A program made the translations under genes and the position numbers. Below are positions 47,440 to 60,629 of a stretch of 61,089 nt of DNA, one piece after another (position 1 is the stretch's first letter; every line of letters starts with the position of its first letter). The DNA comes from Ranitomeya imitator (Eukaryota), in NCBI RefSeq assembly GCF_032444005.1, contig NC_091287.1, forward strand, positions 24,366,001 through 24,427,089, written 5' to 3'. Below the pieces are notes generated by a model. It was not told where the DNA came from. It did not search any database and saw only the letters and a list, made by a program, of their open reading frames with translations.

Positions 47440-48231
47440 TGTTAGGTATCGAGTTCCCGCCGCTGGACAGGGGGGATCTCAAACCACCTCCGCTGCGGTC
47501 TCCCATTCTTCTCCAGCCGCAGTGGAGTCTGCTCAGCAGAGACGTCGGTCCCAGTGTCTGGCTCGGGCAGATACTCTGCGCTTGGTTGCTGCTACTCTTC
47601 CAGGAACAGCTGTTGTAGCCAGTACTGGTCAGTGGCGAGCAGACGTCTCTGGGACTAAGTCCTGCTTTTCCCCTTCTGAGCATGCCCAAAGGAAGACTTC
47701 TCATTGGAGGTCGGGGGTCACACGATCAGGTCCTGTAGCAACTCCCATTGGTCCTCCAGAAAGGTCCTTGTCTGCTGCAGTTATAAAAGGTTTGCATGGC
47801 AACATGGCCATGCGCTAGTATCAGCTTATGTTATGAGCTTTGCTATTTGGTGGTCATGTCTGCTTGTGGTCAGGTTCGGCTGAAATAAACCCCTAGAATA
47901 CCGAGGTATTGTGTGTTTGAATTCAGAGCAGGCGTATAGCCACTAGAATTCCCCCGCTCCACCGGAGAGGAGTTGTTTGTGTGTTTAGCTGACTGCATGA
48001 CCACTAATTGCTTTCTGCTCTGTTAGGTAGCTGTGATCCTCTGTGAGGTTAACAGGGCACAGCGTTTTCCTATCTAGGTGACTCTGTGAAGTAACAGAAT
48101 TAGCTTATACCGCCATATAGTGCCGCCAATTGCTAGCAGCAGGTTCCTCTCCTGTACGGTGGACCCCGGGCTGCGAACGCACCTTTAATAACATATATAT
48201 ATATATTTGGTGTATTCCGCCAGCCCTAACA
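47440..48231 (+). mobile_element. Solo LTR, 792 bp
   Basis: TGTTAGG…CCTAACA ends; perfect 5-bp TSD CGGTG (47435-39 and 48232-36); TATAAAA at ~47783 and AATAAA at ~47884. Confidence 0.92.
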
Positions 48232-49426
48232 CGGTGTCTGACCATTAACGTACATGTGCATTTCCTGAAACCACAGGAAGTTAGTTTCTTAAATACCCTA
48301 GTGGCCGGTGTGAGAATAGCAAGATTTTTTATTTACTAGGATTATTATTTATTTGGTTCCTATTTGACTAGGATTGTGATATGAAAAAAAGACATTGTCA
48401 AAAATATTTTAAAAATACATTTAACCCAAAAACCAGATTTAAAGAAATAATTTTCTGACTATAGCTTCCCTTTAAACACACGGAGCTGTAGAATTGGAGC
48501 ATCCGCATCATTTTACTGGGGCCTATTGTTTTTCTACTGTATATGTTGGGCATAATAATTCCCTGCTGTATGTCTCCGTGAGGAGAGATCTGCTTAGTGC
48601 AGGGATTTCGAGGATTATTTCATTTAATTATTTGCAATAGATTCAATTATCAGCCAGAGATAAGCACATTTGCTCCATTTTATTCCTCTTATTAAACCAA
48701 ACAGGGGTCAAAGGTTTTGCTTCTAATATCCATCCATGCTGTAGCTCGAGCAAATGTAGCACATGAAAAAGAAAACAATAAACAACCGCTTACATACACC
48801 ATCAATACACACAAATACGGTAGTTTTTGTGTTTAGATTTTTCTCTCTGGTGCAAATGATAAGAAAGCCTAGTGAGAATAACAGTAATGATATGTGTTGT
48901 GTATGTATATACTGTGACAAAGTCATTGGTAAAGTGCTGAGTGGGAGATATGTGTCACTAAGCATAATGGCGTCAGTGATATAAAACCCAGAGTTCTTTC
49001 CTCCAGCACACTAAGTGCCGTGAGGGGTTAAGTTGACTTATATAATGGGCTGGCTTTAAGTGGACATCTATAGAGCGGGTGGGAGGATGTCCACCTTTTC
49101 TCCACCTCAGGGTGTGGTCTGGGGCTTAAGTAGCTGGACTCCAGAAGCAGTCTTGGTTCAGCAGGGCTGGAGAGAGGATCTCCAGAGGTTTGTGTCCTGA
49201 GGAGGAAAGACTGAACCTGTGTTGCTCCAGAGCGGGCAACTCCCCGTAAATGTATGGACTGTGTACAGCATTTTTGTCTTCTTTGTTGCTTTCCTGTTTT
49301 TGCTGAAGGGCTGTAGTTTACATTCCCCTTCTTGTTGGTTTCTGCTGCCATATAATAAAACATTCGATGATTTAAAGAGACAGTTTTCTACCTCCTTGTA
49401 CCGATGAGTGAATTGAACTATCACTA

Positions 49427-49462
49427 TGTATATATATATATATATATATATATACATACATA
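49427..49462. repeat. (TA)n/(TACA)n microsatellite
   Basis: Visible directly in the sequence. Confidence 0.9.
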
Positions 49463-49502
49463 CAGAATAGTTTTATTTATTATTAAGCTACATATATATA
49501 TA

Positions 49503-51712
49503 CTAGATGGTGGCCCGATTCTAACGCATTGGGTATTCTAGAATATGCATGTCCACGTAGTATATTGCCCAGTCACGTAGTATATTGCCCGGTCGCGTAG
49601 TATATTGCCCAGCCACATAGTATATTGCACAGCCCACATAGTATATTGCCCAGCCACGTAGTATATTGCACAGCCACATAGTATATTGCCCAGCCACGTA
49701 GTATATTGCCCAGTCACATAGTATATTGCCCGGTCGCGTAGTATATTGCCCAGCCACGTAGTATATTTCACAGCCCACGTAGTATATTGCCCAGCCACGT
49801 AGTATATTGCACAGCCACGTATATTGGCCAGCCACGTAGTATATTGCCCCGCCACGTAGTATATTGCCCAGCCACGTAATATATTGCCCAGCCACGTAGT
49901 ATATTGCCCCGCCACGTAGTATATTGGCCAGTCACGTAGTATATTGTCCCGCCACGTAGTATATTGCCCACCCACGTAGTATATTGCCCAGTCACGTAGT
50001 ATATTGCACAGTCACATAGTATATTGCCCAGCCATGTAGTATATTGGCCAGCCACGTAGTATATTGCCCAGTCACGTAGTATATTGCCCAGCCACGTAGT
50101 ATATTGCCCAGTCACGTACTATATTGCACCCAGCCACGTAGTATGTTGCCCAGCCACGTAGTATATTGCCCAGTCATGTAGTATATTGCACAGCGACGAA
50201 GTATACAGCACAGAGTCACGTAGTATATTGCCCAGCCACGTAGTATATTGCCCCACCACGTAGTATATTGGCCAGTCATGTAGTATATTGTCCCGCCACG
50301 TAGTATATTGCCCAGTGACGTAGTATCTTGCCCAGCCACGTAGTATATTGCCCAGCCACGTACTATATTGCGCCCAGCCATGTAGTATATTGCCCAGTCA
50401 CGAACTATATTGCGCCCAGCCATGTAGTATATTGCACAGCCCACGTAGTATATTGCCCAGCCACGTAGTATATTCCACAGCCACATAGTATATTGCCCAG
50501 CCACGTAGTATATTGCCCAGTCACGTAGTATATTGCCCGGTCGCGTAGTATATTGCCCAGCCACGTAGTATATTTCACAGCCCACGTAGTATATTGTCCC
50601 GCCACGTAGTATATTGTCCCGCCACGTAGTATATTGCCCAATGACGTAGTATCTTGCCCAGCCACGTAGTATATTGCCCAGCCACGTACTATATTGCGCC
50701 CAGCCATGTAGTATATTGCCCAGTCACGAACTATATTGCGCCCAGTCATGTAGTATATTGCCCAGCCACGTAGTATATTGCCCAGTCATTTAGTATATTG
50801 CACAGCGACGGAGTATACAGCACAGAGCCACGTAGTATATTGCCCAGCCACGTAGTATATTGCCCAATCACGTAGTATATTGCCCAGTCATGTAGTATAT
50901 TGCACAGCGACAAAGTATACAGCACAGAGCCACGGAGAATATTGCACAGCGACGGAGTATATTGCACAGCCTCGTAGTATATTGCACAGCCACGTAGTAT
51001 ATTGCACAGTGATGGAGTATACAGCACAGAGCCACGTAGTATAGAGACTTAAAATAAAAATAAACATATACTCACCTTCCGAAGGCCCGTTGAAGTCCTG
51101 CTATATTCACCATCCGCCGCCTTTCCCGCTCCTCGGGACGCTCCGGTGACCGCTCCATTGCAAGCGGCAACTTCCGGTCCCAGGGCAGGTATGAGCGAAG
51201 GACCTGTGATGACGTCGAGGTCACATGACCGTGACGTCATGGCAGGTCCTTGTCGCATACAATCCTTGCCACCGGAACCTGCCGCTTGCATGGAGCGGTC
51301 ATAGGAGCGTCCCGAGGAGCGGGAAAGGCGGCGGATGGTGAGTATAGCAGGTTTTTGTTTTTTATTATTATTTTTAACATTACCTATTTTTACTATTGAT
51401 GCTGCATAGGCAGCATCAATAGTAAATAGTTGGGGACACACAGGGTTAATAGCAGCGGTAACGGAGTGCGTTACCCGTGTCATAATGCGGTCCGTTACCG
51501 CCGGCATTAACCCTGTGTGAGCGGTGACTGGAGGGGATTACGGAGCGGGCGCCGGGCACTGAGTGCAGGGGAGTAGGGGAGGGACTAATCGGACTGTGCC
51601 CGTCGCTGATTGGTCGTGGCAGCCATGACAGGCAGCTGCCGCGACCAATCAGTGACGCGGGATTTCCGGGACAGAAAGACGGAAGTACCCCTTAGACAAT
51701 TATATATATAGA
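49503..51712 (-). mobile_element. Non-autonomous Helitron, 2210 bp
   Basis: On the minus strand: A|TC 5' end (51712), 3' CTAG|T (49503-06), and a hairpin CCCGAT…ATTGGG (49514-33) 7 nt from the CTAG; no TSD. Confidence 0.85.
49553..51043. repeat. 20-bp minisatellite (CACGTAGTATATTGCCCAGC/T)n, ~73 units, inside the Helitron
   Basis: 20-bp period with some 21-bp variants. Confidence 0.96.
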
Positions 51713-53060
51713 TATATATAGAGAGATATATATATGTATCAATAATAAAAACGCAAAAAAATAAAAAAACAATAAAATAATTAAAATGAAATAATTTCTG
51801 TAAATGTAAGTATTTGAGATGACTTCTTACCTTGCTCAGTATTTCTACCCTCCCTTCCCATTCACGAGTAGAACATTCTTTATTTAGGGTCTGTAACCTT
51901 TGTGCCACCGATTTCTTGGCTTGTGACCATCACAAATTTTGCTGCTAGTCATAGAGAAGATTGTATTGCATTGTTATTATCTCACTTTTGACTTGTTATG
52001 TTGTCATTGTGTTTTGGTTTTATTTGAGTACTATATGGCGGTATTCCTATTGTATTGCTTTTTTACTACGGAATATTATCTTTGCAGTGCATTATATGGG
52101 TGGCACTGTACAGTATTATTATTTATGTCACTGTATAAAAGTGTATGACCAGGGTGTATGGCGCTAATAATTATTGTAGGTAATGTACGGTACCGTTATA
52201 TCAACGCTGTGGCTGGTTGGCACCTGGGCTCACGTGTGATGCCAAATAAACACCTCCTGACCTTCCAGGTATCACCCCTGCTGTCATGTGCCGTACGCTA
52301 TAGCTGCCACAGTCGGATTTCATTTTTGGCGCACATAGGACTTAAGTCTCAGGAGACTGGTACCTTAAGAACTATGGAAGGGGTCATAATGACCCCTTGC
52401 CATTATTTTGTTCTTCAATGTTTTATTCAGTTTTTTTACTATTTACCCTCCATGTACTGTGACTTTTATTTATTTTTTATTTTCTTTACAATATGTGTTG
52501 CAATCTACAAAATATATATATTTTCGGTTGTATAAAAACAATTGTATCTGTTCTAAAAAATATACATATTTTAATAAGCGGCATAACTGGAAGCCCAATG
52601 CAAAATCTCCCAGCAGGACCCCCAAATATCAAGGAGCTTTAATATGCCCTCCCCCCGACTATGACACCAATTTCTGCACCCACTACCCTTATGCCCCATG
52701 GTTTTAACAACAAATTGTGTGGAAATTGTGAAATTGAGGCTTTTTAAAAAAAAAATATCTAGAATCATCAAGGTGGGATTATTTGAAAACGTTATTGCAG
52801 TATTAAAGGCAGGAGCTAGATTGCAGTAGTATATTGAATGTACACTATGTGACAATATCGTCTTGGCACTATATGTCAGTATTATGTGTGCTACAAATAT
52901 AAAAGAAGTGCGGAGGCTCCTACCACCCTTACTGTGGCCAGTATTCCTGTAAACTGCGGCAGTACTATGTAACATCTACATTGTGCGGTAGTATTGCTTT
53001 GGCACTATTTCTCAGTATTATGTGTGCGATGTTCTGCTCTGGTTGTTGCTCGGGGTCACA

Positions 53061-56000
53061 TCTATAATATAACGCTGGGAGCGTCACTCTGTCCGAAGCC
53101 TCTATAGACTGCGCAAGCGCCGGCGCAGTCTGAGCCTCACAGAGCGACGCTCCCGGGAGATCGCGGTGTGCGTTCACACTGAACGCACACCGCGATCTCC
53201 ACCGCAGAAGCAGGGACCGCCAGGAGGGTGAGTATCTGCCTATAGTCACCTGTCCCCGTTACATCGCTGAGCGGCGCCATCTTCCCGGTCTTCGGCCTGT
53301 GACCTTCAGTTCAGAGGGCGCCGCCCTCTGACTGAACAGTCACAGCCAGGAGACCGGGAAGATGGCGGCGCTCAGCGATGGAACGCCGGACAGGTGAGTA
53401 TAGTAAGTGCTGGGGGGCCTGAGCTGGCGGCGATACCGGCACCTGACCCCCACAGCGCGCCGGTGTCCCCGCCTGCTCAGGCCCCCCAGCACTCGGCGCC
53501 GAGCGGGTCAGAGGCAGTATGGGGAAGCAGGATGGAGCAGCACATAAGGATGGGGACGCAGGATGGAGCAGCACATAAGGATGGGGACGCAGGATGGAGC
53601 AGCACATAAGGATGGGGACGCAGGATGGAGCAGCACATAAGGATGGGGACGCAGGATGGAGCAGCACATAAGGATGGGGACGCAGGATGGAGCAGCACAT
53701 AAGGATGGGGACGCAGGATGGAGCAGCACATAAGGATGGGGACGCAGGATGGAGCAGCACATAAGGATGGGGACGCAGGATGGAGCAGCACATAAGGATG
53801 GGGACGCAGGATGGAGCAGCACATAAGGATGGGGACGCAGGATGGAGCAGCACATAAGGATGGGGACGCAGGATGGAGCAGCACATAAGGATGGGGAAGC
53901 AGGATGGAGCAGGACATAAGGATGGGGAAGCAGGATGGAGCAGGACATAAGGATGGGGACGCAGGAAGGAGCAGCACATAAGGATGGGGACGCAGGAAGG
54001 AGCAGCACATAAGGATGGGGACGCAGGATGGAGCAGCACATAAGGATGGGGAAGCAGGATGGAGCAGCACATAAGGATGGGGACGCAGGATGGAGCAGCA
54101 CATAACAGTATGGGGACGCAGGATGGAGCAGCACATAACAGTATGGGGACGCAGGATGGAGCAGCACATAAGGATGGGGACGCAGGATGGAGCAGCACAT
54201 AAGGATGGGGACGCAGGATGGAGCAGCACATAACAGTATGGGGACGCAGGATGGAGCAGCACATAAGGATGGGGACGCAGGATGGAGCAGGACATAAGGA
54301 TGGGGACGCAGGATGGAGCAGCACATAAGGATGGGGACGCAGGATGGAGCAGCACATAAGGATGGGGACGCAGGATGCAGCAGCACATAAGGATGGTGAC
54401 GCAGGATGCAGCAGCACATAAGGATGGGGACGCAGGATGGAGCAGCACATAACAGTATGGGGACGCAGGATGGAGCAGCACATAAGGATGGGGACGCAGG
54501 ATGGAGCAGCACATAAGGATGGGGACGCAGGATGGAGCAGCACATAAGGATGGGGACGCAGGATGGAGCAGCACATAAGGATGGGGACGCAGGATGGAGC
54601 AGCACATAAGGATGGGGACGCAGGATGGAGCAGCACATAAGGATGGGGACGCAGGATGGAGCAGCACATAAGGATGGGGACGCAGGATGGAGCAGCACAT
54701 AAGGATGGGGACGCAGGATGGAGCAGCACATAAGGATGGGGACGCAGGATGGAGCAGCACATAAGGATGGGGACGCAGGATGGAGCAGCACATAAGGATG
54801 GGGACGCAGGATGGGAGCAGCACATAAGGATGGGGACGCAGGATGGAGCAGCACATAAGGATGGGGACGCAGGATGGAGCAGCACATAAGGATGGGGACG
54901 CAGGATGCAGCATGAACATAAGGATGGGGACGCAGGATGCAGCAGCACATAAGGATGGGGACGCAGGATGGAGCAGCACATAACAGGATGGGGACGCAGG
55001 ATGGAGCAGCACATAAGGATGGGGACGCAGGATGGAGCAGCACATAACAGGATGGGGACGCAGGATGGAGCAGCACATAAGGATGGGGACGCAGGATGGA
55101 GCAGCACATAAGGATGGGGACGCAGGATGGAGCAGCACATAAGGATGGGGACGCAGGATGGAGCAGCACATAAGGATGGGGACGCAGGATGGGAGCAGCA
55201 CATAAGGATGGGGATGCAGGATGGAGCAGCACATAGGGATGGGGACGCAGGATGGAGCAGCACATAACAGGATGGGGACGCAGGATGGAGCAGCACATAA
55301 GGATGGGGACGCAGGATGGAGCAGCACATAAGGATGGGGACGCAGGATGGAGCAGCACATAAGGATGGGGACGCAGGATGGAGCAGCACATAACAGGATG
55401 GGGACGCAGGATGGAGCAGCACATAAGGATGGGGACGCAGGATGGGAGCAGCACATAAGGATGGGGACGCAGGATGGAGCAGCACATAACAAGATGGGGA
55501 CGCAGGATGGAGCAGCACATAAGGATGGGGACGCAGGATGGGAGCAGCACATAAGGATGGGGACGCAGGATGGAGCAGCACATAAGGATGGGGACGCAGG
55601 ATGGAGCAGCACATAAGGATGGGGACGCAAGATGCAGCATGAACATAAGGATGGGGACGCAGGATGCAGCATGAACATAAGGATGGGGACGCAGGATGCA
55701 GCATGAACATAAGGATGGGGACGCAGGATGCAGCAGCACATAAGGATGGGGACGCAGGATGCAGCATGAACATAAGGATGGGGACGCAGGATGGGAGCAG
55801 CACATAAGGATGGGGACGCAGGATGCAGCAGCACATAAGGATGGGGACGCAGGATGCAGCATGAACATAAGGATGGGGACGCAGGATGCAGCATGAACAT
55901 AAGGATGGGGACGCAGGATGCAGCATGAACATAAGGATGGGGACGCAGGATGCAGCAGCACATAAGGATGGGGACGCAGGATGCAGCATGAACATAAGGA

Positions 56001-59000
56001 TGGGGACGCAGGATGGGAGCAGCACATAAGGATGGGGACGCAGGATGCAGCAGTACATAAGGATGGGGACGCAGGATGCAGCATGAACATAAGGATGGGG
56101 ACGCAGGATGCAGCATGAACATAAGGATGGGGACGCAGGATGCAGCATGAACATAAGGATGGGGACGCAGGATGGGAGCAGCACATAAGGATGGGGACGC
56201 AGGATGCAGCAGCACATAAGGATGGGGACGCAGGATGGAGCAGCACATAAGGATGGGGACGCAGGATGGAGCAGCACATAAGAATGGGGATGCAGCATGA
56301 ACATAAGGATGGGGACGCAGGATGCAGCATGAACATAAGGATGGGGACGCAAGATGCAGCATGAACATAAGGATGGGGACGCAGGATGCAGCAGCACATA
56401 AGGATGGGGACGCAGGATGCAGCAGTACATAAGGATGGGGACGCAGGATGCAACAGCACATAAGGATGGGGACGCAGGATCGAGCAGCACATAAGGATGG
56501 GGACGCAGGATGCAGCAGCACATAAGGATGGGGACGCAGGATGCAGCAGCACATAAGGATGGGGACGCAGGATGCAGCATGAACATAAGGATGGGGACGC
56601 AGGATGCAGCAGCACATAAGGATGGGGACGCAGGATGCAGCAGCACATAAGGATGGGGACGCAGGATGGAGCAGCACATAAGGATGGGGACGCAGGATGC
56701 AGCAGCACATAAGGATGGGGACGCAGGATGGAGCAGCACATAACAGGATGGGGACGCAGGATGGAGCAGCACATAACAGGATGGGGACGCAGGATGGAGC
56801 ATGAACATAAGGATGGGGACGCAGGATGCAGCAGCACATAAGGATGGGGACGCAGGATGCAGCAGCACATAAGGATGGGGACGCAGGATGGAGCAGCACA
56901 TAAGGATGGGGACGCAGGATGGGAGCAGCACATAAGGATGGGGACGCAGGATGGAGCAGCACATAAGGATGGGGACGCAGGATGCAGCAGCACATAAGGA
57001 TGGGGACGCAGGATGGAGCAGCACATAAGGATGGGGACGCAGGATGGGAGCAGCACATAAGGATGGGGACGCAGGATGGAGCAGCACATAAGGATGGGGA
57101 CGCAGGATGCAGCAGCACATAAGGATGGGGACGCAGGATGCAGCAGCACATAAGGATGGGGACGCAGGATGGAGCAGCGCATGACAGGATGGGGACGCAT
57201 GATGGAGCAGCGCATGACAGGATGGGGACGCAGGATGCAGCAGCACATGACAGGATGGGGACGCAGGATGGGAGCAGCGCATCACAGGATGGGAGCAGCG
57301 CATCACAGGATGGGGACGCAGGATGGGAGCAGCGCATAAGAATGGGCATGCAGCATGAACATAAGGATGGGGACGCAGGATGCAGCATGAACATAAGGAT
57401 GGGGACGCAAGATGCAGCATGAACATAAGGATGGGGACGCAGGATGCAGCAGCACATAAGGATGGGGACGCAGGATGCAGCAGTACATAAGGATGGGGAC
57501 GCAGGATGGAGCAGCACATAAGAATGGGGATGCAGCATGAACATAAGGATGGGGACGCAGGATGCAGCATGAACATAAGGATGGGGACGCAAGATGCAGC
57601 ATGAACATAAGGATGGGGACGCAGGATGCAGCAGCACATAAGGATGGGGACGCAGGATGCAGCAGTACATAAGGATGGGGACGCAGGATGCAGCAGCACA
57701 TAAGGATGGGGACGCAGGATCGAGCAGCACATAAGGATGGGGACGCAGGATGCAGCAGCACATAAGGATGGGGACGCAGGATGCAGCAGCACATAAGGAT
57801 GGGGACGCAGGATGCAGCATGAACATAAGGATGGGGACGCAGGATGCAGCAGCACATAAGGATGGGGACGCAGGATGCAGCAGTACATAAGGATGGGGAC
57901 GCAGGATGGAGCAGCACATAAGGATGGGGACGCAGGATGCAGCAGCACATAAGGATGGGGACGCAGGATGGAGCAGCACATAACAGGATGGGGACGCAGG
58001 ATGGAGCAGCACATAACAGGATGGGGACGCAGGATGGAGCATGAACATAAGGATGGGGACGCAGGATGCAGCAGCACATAAGGATGGGGACGCAGGATGC
58101 AGCAGCACATAAGGATGGGGACGCAGGATGGAGCAGCACATAAGGATGGGGACGCAGGATGGGAGCAGCACATAAGGATGGGGACGCAGGATGGAGCAGC
58201 ACATAAGGATGGGGACGCAGGATGCAGCAGCACATAAGGATGAGGACGCAGGATGGAGCAGCACATAAGGATGGGGACGCAGGATGGGAGCAGCACATAA
58301 GGATGGGGACGCAGGATGTAGCAGCACATAAGGATGGGGACGCAGGATGCAGCAGCACATAAGGATGGGGACGCAGGATGCAGCAGCACATAAGGATGGG
58401 GACGCATGATGGAGCAGCGCATGACAGGATGGGGACGCAGGATGCAGCAGCACATGACAGGATGGGGACGCAGGATGGGAGCAGCGCATCACAGGATGGG
58501 AGCAGCGCATCACAGGATGGGGACGCAGGATGGGAGCAGCGCATAAGAATGGGCATGCAGCATGAACATAAGGATGGGGACGCAGGATGCAGCATGAACA
58601 TAAGGATGGGGACGCAAGATGCAGCATGAACATAAGGATGGGGACGCAGGATGCAGCAGCACATAAGGATGGGGACGCAGGATGCAGCAGTACATAAGGA
58701 TGGGGACGCAGGATGGAGCAGCACATAAGAATGGGGATGCAGCATGAACATAAGGATGGGGACGCAGGATGCAGCATGAACATAAGGATGGGGACGCAAG
58801 ATGCAGCATGAACATAAGGATGGGGACGCAGGATGCAGCAGCACATAAGGATGGGGACGCAGGATGCAGCAGTACATAAGGATGGGGACGCAGGATGCAG
58901 CAGCACATAAGGATGGGGACGCAGGATCGAGCAGCACATAAGGATGGGGACGCAGGATGCAGCAGCACATAAGGATGGGGACGCAGGATGCAGCAGCACA

Positions 59001-59965
59001 TAAGGATGGGGACGCAGGATGCAGCATGAACATAAGGATGGGGACGCAGGATGCAGCAGCACATAAGGATGGGGACGCAGGATGCAGCAGTACATAAGGA
59101 TGGGGACGCAGGATGGAGCAGCACATAAGGATGGGGACGCAGGATGCAGCAGCACATAAGGATGGGGACGCAGGATGGAGCAGCACATAACAGGATGGGG
59201 ACGCAGGATGGAGCAGCACATAACAGGATGGGGACGCAGGATGGAGCATGAACATAAGGATGGGGACGCAGGATGCAGCAGCACATAAGGATGGGGACGC
59301 AGGATGCAGCAGCACATAAGGATGGGGACGCAGGATGGAGCAGCACATAAGGATGGGGACGCAGGATGGGAGCAGCACATAAGGATGGGGACGCAGGATG
59401 GAGCAGCACATAAGGATGGGGACGCAGGATGCAGCAGCACATAAGGATGAGGACGCAGGATGGAGCAGCACATAAGGATGGGGACGCAGGATGGGAGCAG
59501 CACATAAGGATGGGGACGCAGGATGTAGCAGCACATAAGGATGGGGACGCAGGATGCAGCAGCACATAAGGATGGGGACGCAGGATGCAGCAGCACATAA
59601 GGATGGGGACGCATGATGGAGCAGCGCATGACAGGATGGGGACGCAGGATGCAGCAGCACATGACAGGATGGGGACGCAGGATGGGAGCAGCGCATCACA
59701 GGATGGGGACGCAGGATGGGAGCAGCACATGACAGGATGGGGACGCAGGATGGGAGCAGCACATGACAGGATGGGGACGCAGGATGGGAGCAGCACATGA
59801 CAGGATGGGGACGCAGGATGGAGCAGCACATGACAGGATGGGGACGCAGGATGGAGCAGCGCATGACAGGATGGGGACGCAGGATGGAGCAGCACATACC
59901 AGGATGGAGACAATATACCAATATAAATGCTCGCCACCCGGGCGTAGAACGGGTTCAATAGCTAG
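53061..59965 (+). mobile_element. Non-autonomous Helitron, 6905 bp
   Basis: A|TC at 53060|53061, CTAG|T at 59962-65|59966, and a hairpin ACCCG…CGGGT 6 nt before the CTAG; a host repeat (GTGCGGTAGTATTG…CAGTATTATGTGT) occurs on both sides. Confidence 0.87.
53515..59909. repeat. 31-bp minisatellite (GGATGGGGACGCAGGATGGAGCAGCACATAA)n, ~200 units, inside the Helitron
   Basis: 31-bp period with 32- and 33-bp variants; ~1.2-kb higher-order repeats in the distal half. Confidence 0.98.
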
Positions 59966-60629
59966 TATTCTATAACATTGACCAAGTGTGGATTTGGAAT
60001 CTATGTGTCTCTAATCACTGCATTGCTATGTGGAATGTACAGTGTGCGGTAGTATTGTCTTGTCAGTATGTGTCAGTATTATGTGTCCACCATTGACCAG
60101 TGCAGCCATCTTTGCTTTCGTACGACTTCTGACATAGGGTATCCATGTGATATGACATCAGTAGTCCGGGAGCAGCGATGTCGCGGCTCAGAAAGCGGCT
60201 TCAGTTCATCCTTGAAACTTAGTATTATAAAATCGGACACAATTGAGCATTCTGGTGAGAATTTCCCTCCGAGCTCTCAAGAGTTTTCATCGAGGAACCG
60301 CTTTTGTTCTAATTAACTAATTACAATTCCAAAAGCCCTGACTCATGGAGATAAAGTAGAGTCTGGAGCTCAAGGTCACGCGGAGTGGAAGGCAAGGAGC
60401 CACAAGAAGAGATTACTGAGCCATGACATTGACAGCACAGACGTCCACCGGCGGCTCCTGCTCACCTTGTCACCACAGATAAAAGGCCGCAATTTGTAAT
60501 GTTCTCCTCACTTACAGCCCATTACAGGGGGAACGTCACCCACCATTATATCCGGAGCAAACAGAACAGTCATATTGGAGGAACATTGGGGGCTATAGTC
60601 ACCGTTATATTTACTGATGGAACAAATAT

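Larger units (their letters stand above)
45880..48471. mobile_element. T2/Kolobok-type non-autonomous element enlarged by an internal array and two solo LTRs
   Basis: TTAA on both sides (45876-79 and 48472-75); left AAGAAAACCATAGTCAGAAAATTA matches the reverse complement of right TAATTTTCTGACTATAGCTTCCCT. Confidence 0.8.

Noticed and set aside
49025-49410. Possible solo LTR with an AATAAA
   Set aside because: No TG…CA termini or TSD were found.
49521-51027. Trp/Tyr-rich minus-strand ORFs
   Set aside because: They are translations of the 20-bp Helitron minisatellite.
53311-59958. 872-2061-aa Cys/Pro/His-rich minus-strand ORFs
   Set aside because: The minus strand of the 31-bp unit has no stop codon in any frame; these are repeat artefacts inside a Helitron.
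60510-60620. Possible exon next to CTTACAG / CACTTAC splice-like motifs
   Set aside because: There is no convincing partner splice site or recognisable peptide on either strand.
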